A DNA stretch of 63,334 nt, counting the filler, from Vannella sp. (Eukaryota), in the NCBI GenBank assembly GCA_023345925.1. It is 7 parts of 7 records of this genome, joined end to end, with 100 filler letters (N's around TTAATTAATTAA, not from the genome) between each part and the next. Parts side by side here need not be neighbours in the genome. Positions count along the whole stretch, not along the records: positions 55,894 to 63,334 come from JAJQQN010001428.1; 6 more parts are not named here. The stretch is one strand, 5' to 3'. A model generated the notes under the pieces. That model worked only from the letters and a program-made list of their open reading frames with translations. It ran no database searches and was not told the origin of the DNA. Within the stretch, counting starts at the first letter, position 1. Every line of letters begins with the position of its first letter. A program made the position numbers and the translations under genes. Shown in pieces: positions 59,961 through 63,334 of this stretch.

Positions 59961-61442
59961 ATGAGCTTCTTTGGGAGGTTATCGATCAAGTCTGTCGTTG
60001 ATAAGGCCACGGTGGATGATCAGATTGCTACACCAGGGTTCCTGTACAATGAGATCAACAGTGTGCGCGCTGGCGAGTGGAGGGAGAGGGACTGAGTGAG
60101 GAGGGGCGCAGAAATCAGCTTCGAGTCGGTGGAGCAGTGCCAGGCGTTGCAGGATCTTCTTCTGCAGAAGCTGACGAGTGATTCGGCTGATGTGAGACTC
60201 AAAGCCTTGCGTATTATGAAGCAGGTCCTCCTCAAAGGCCATCGCTCCTTCCGGCTTGACCTTCAACGGCGCACAAGCGAGCTTCAAAGCTGCCTTGGTA
60301 CGTAGAGCACTCGTATGGTCAATGAGGTTGGCTCATGTATTATACTAGAGTATAGAGGGCCTCCTGACCCATGCCGTGGCGATGTTCCTTACCAAAGGGT
60401 CCGGGAAGAAGCTCAGGTACATTCCACCACTCTGGGTGCTTCAAGGTGACCAACCACTGCATAGGACATCATGAAGATGACTTTTCTACAAACAGAAATT
60501 GCCTCTTCTGACGACAGGGACCACACCAAGCCACAATCTTTCGGTTCCTCTTTGCCCACCTCTTCTTTCAGCCTGGGAGGGCGAATCACAGGCACAGGCA
60601 ACTTCACAGCACCTCCACCCTCCAACACAATCCTAGAGACTATCCTAGACTCCTCCTCACGCTTAGTCTCCAAAGTAACCGGAAAGACAGCGGAAGAGTT
60701 CGATCCCTCCGTCCATTGGGGCAACAAGAACCAAGAGTTGTCCAACTTCGGACGCCCTCTGTCACCGCAGGATGTCTATGATACGTCTTGTTACCAGCTA
60801 TCCTCTCGTCAAAACAAGCCGGGACTGCCAGGAGGATCCTGGGCGGATGCCCCACTCGAATCAGCACCTTCTGAGCTCTTGTCCGATACTGAGACCTTTT
60901 CGGAGGTAGAAGCTGTATCAAAAGAGACCTCCCTGTTGAGCTTGGCCTACGAGATCACTCCAGAACGCAATCTGATCGAGAAGTTGACTGCTGACGGAGG
61001 TGTGAGGCCCACACCGTCTCGTATGGAGACGAACGCCTTTGTTCGCCAGTGCCAACCTCTTCGAGTTGATCTTGTGAGCCTCTTGCTTGCTCAAAGGCTC
61101 TCCGCATCAGTCCCTTGGAAGACCCAGCTCCGGACGATTTGCCTTGTCGAAGGGCTCTTGGAAGCGAAGACAGAAGGCGTGAAGGTCGACAGTCAGGCCA
61201 TCAAGGCACTCCTCCGCTCCCCTCAAAGTTCTCTGAAGGCAAAGGCCGAGAGGATCCTCCACCTCCTGGGCGAAGAGCTCCCCCATCCCCCACAAAGCGC
61301 CCCACCAACAACAGCAACCCTCTTCTCCGGACTGACCCTCAATCCAACCAGCGACCCTCCCCCTGCCCAAACAGAAGCCAGCAATGACACCTCCGGCACT
61401 GACACCCCCGACACCTCGCTATTTGGGTTTATCAATGAATAA
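59961..61442 (+). CDS. TEPSIN: Tepsin (ENTHD2), AP-4 accessory protein (3 introns)
   Basis: KATVDDQIATPGFLYNEI...RLKALRI...YRGPPDPCRGDVPYQRVREEAQ (tepsin ENTH), second VHS-like domain, and C-terminal LFSGL and SLFGFIN AP-4 ear-binding-type motifs. Confidence 0.88.
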
Positions 61443-61506
61443 CGACACATTTAGAGTGCCAAAGTGCCAAGAAACGAAATCATCTATTTTTTGGTGGCCG
61501 CGGGCG

Positions 61507-61953
61507 ATGGGCTGGAAGGAGAAGGCTGTGAAGCTGTCTCAGACAAGCTCTCCCGTCATTCTGTCGGTTATCATTGGGTCCTTTGGTAAGCTGGGGAAGG
61601 CTGAGCTCAAGGAGCTCAACAGAGAGCGCAGCGGGCTGACTTTTGGATGATTTGCAGCGACGGCTTTAGTGCTGATTCCAGAAGCGCAGCACCGCTTTGG
61701 TATGGACAATGAGGCACCCCACACCATTCACCATCACAAAATTAGTACGTACTACCGCCTACCCAGCGCGCTGATCGCTTACGGAAGATCCTCTTCAGAG
61801 TACGCCTCAGGGAGATACCTCAAACCTCTGTCGCAGAAGGAGTACGATTCTCTCTTCAATGATGGACGACCAGAGGCGGAAGCCGTCCGCAGACAGATGT
61901 TCCCACCTCTGAAGCCAGGCTGGGAGTCTGAGCCGCTGTTTAACAAGGAGTGA
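61507..61953 (+). CDS. Small single-TM protein, possibly complex I NDUFA3/9.5-kDa-like (spliced)
   Basis: SPVILSVIIGSF|ATALVLIPEAQHRFG loosely resembles fungal 9.5-kDa complex I subunits. Weak identification. Confidence 0.35.
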
Positions 61954-62081
61954 AGCGCTCCTCTTCCCTTTTCTCCTCTTCCAATCACTCTCTCATGACA
62001 CTCTCACACGAGCTCTATAAACCACCTCGCTCCTGAACACGAGAGCCCGCCCAAAGGATCATTTCTTCCCCGCCCCTTGCG

Positions 62082-63334
62082 ATGAGCCTTGTGGCGTGCG
62101 TGTCCCCGTCTGTGGACGTGGCGCTCTTAAATCAACAGCTTGTTGAGAGAGGGACATCTTTGACTGTCTCCTTTAGCCCTTACTTGACCAGCAAGGTGGG
62201 CCAGGTCCCCTCCAAAGATGGGCGGATCCTCTTTCTCATGCAGAGGCGCTCTTTAGGCCACCCATTGCGTTGTTTCAGGGTCTGACACAGAACGCCAAAG
62301 TAGCCGCATGGCTCGTGCTAAGGAGCAGGGCATTCCCGTGGTGTCTGAGGACTTCCTTCGAGATTGCATTGCTGCGGGCTCAGTGCTTGATGCGCGTCCG
62401 TACCTCATCAGACATGTATCTGCCCAGGTAAGCATAGCATTGCTTCTTCTCTGGTCTCAAACGAGCCACAGGGGACTCTCTCAACCCCTCCAGCAACGAA
62501 AGAACCGACTAGAACGGTTGTAACGCGCGCGTTGGACCCAAATAGGAAGAGAGAGATGAAGATCTTTGTCAGTTCAACTTTCAGGTAGGCAGACTCTTCA
62601 ACAGGCCAAGCCAGTCCTCAACAGAGCGGATGAACACAGAGATATGAGCGAAGAGCGGTCTATCTTAGTGAGCAAAGTCTTCCCGCAGCTTCACAGCATC
62701 TGCAAGGAGAGAAACGTGGCTTTCTCTGTTGTGGACTTGCGCTGGGGGATCACAGCCGAAGAGGTGCGAAATTCTGTGCCCCACGTAAGTGAAGAGATCT
62801 GACCTCCCTTTAGACTCTCAAGGAGGCTTCTGTGATCGAAACGATAATGGGAGAAGTAGACAAGTGTCGCCCCTACTTTGTGGGCTTCTTAGGAGAACGT
62901 TATGGCTGGGCACAGAATGAGGGATTCCCTCACGACCGTTCCTTAGAAAAGGCCTTCCAGCATGCAACCAAGCGGCATCCTTGGTTAGATAAGTTGAGAG
63001 ATAGGAGTATCACTGAGCTGGAGATCATTTATGGAGCACTCCGCCCTCAGCTCTCGCCATTCTATGACCCACAAGCTCCCTCTCGCTCTTTTTTCTTCCT
63101 TCGGGACGCCCTTTCGATCACCAAGCATTTCGAACTTGGAGATCCTCAGAGAGACAACTACGAAGAAGAGAGCAGTGACGGCCATCGCAAGCTGCGTGAA
63201 CTGAAAGAGACTATTCGGGCCTCCGGATTGCCCCTGGTGGACGGTTACACCCGCGACCAGCTGCAATCTCTGCTTGTGGAATCCTTCACAAGGGTGATTA
63301 ACGAAGACTTCCCGGCGGATGAGCCAGCAGCTTG
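62082..63334 (+). CDS. BRCT + DUF4062 (TEP1/NWD1/NPHP3-type) protein, continues beyond the window (spliced)
   Basis: BRCT: ATHCVV...ARAKEQGIPVVSEDFLRDCI...PYLI. DUF4062: KIFVSSTFRDMSEER, VDLRWGIT, EVDKCRPYFVGFLGERYGW and RSITELEI. Confidence 0.85.

Noticed and set aside
3557..63334. Alternative genetic code or programmed frameshifting to explain fragmented ORFs
   Set aside because: Canonical GT-AG introns restore the frames of the conserved genes, and TAA, TAG and TGA all terminate genes.
1..63334. CRISPR arrays, rRNA or tRNA genes, prophage or giant-virus core genes
   Set aside because: None recognisable by eye; a tRNAscan/Rfam run would be needed to exclude small RNAs.

Overview
Gene-dense eukaryotic DNA in the standard genetic code with very short (about 44-55 nt) GT-AG introns. 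Gene content and style suggest a free-living protist, plausibly Amoebozoa (inference). The window is seven contigs joined by six artificial 100-nt linkers (N44-TTAATTAATTAA-N44), so adjacency across linkers is meaningless. Recognisable genes: a tail-anchored C2 protein, an ankyrin-STE20/PAK-like kinase, a PH-domain protein, a ~3,800-aa DUF3638/DUF3645 helicase-like protein with an N-terminal putative cysteine-protease module, a Ser-rich GPI-type surface protein, FNTA, two RCC1-repeat paralogs, two LRR surface proteins, a beta-propeller type I membrane protein, an NTPDase, UAP1, RPAP2, PFDN4, a Mis18-like protein, a penta-EF-hand protein, SIN1, C9orf72, PABP, MINPP1, an H1-like protein, a DENN-WD40 protein, an RBR ligase, RNF123, tepsin and a BRCT-DUF4062 protein. 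The most interesting observations are (1) a Mis18 centromere-licensing domain fused to a piggyBac-transposase-type cysteine-rich zinc finger, (2) 3' splice sites that appear set by distance from the branch point, with frequent AAG/GAG acceptors, (3) the giant protease-like plus helicase-like protein, and (4) a foldback/MITE-like repeat built from alternating AAAAGTGCCTC motifs at two contig ends. All identifications come from reading motifs by eye; no searches were run.
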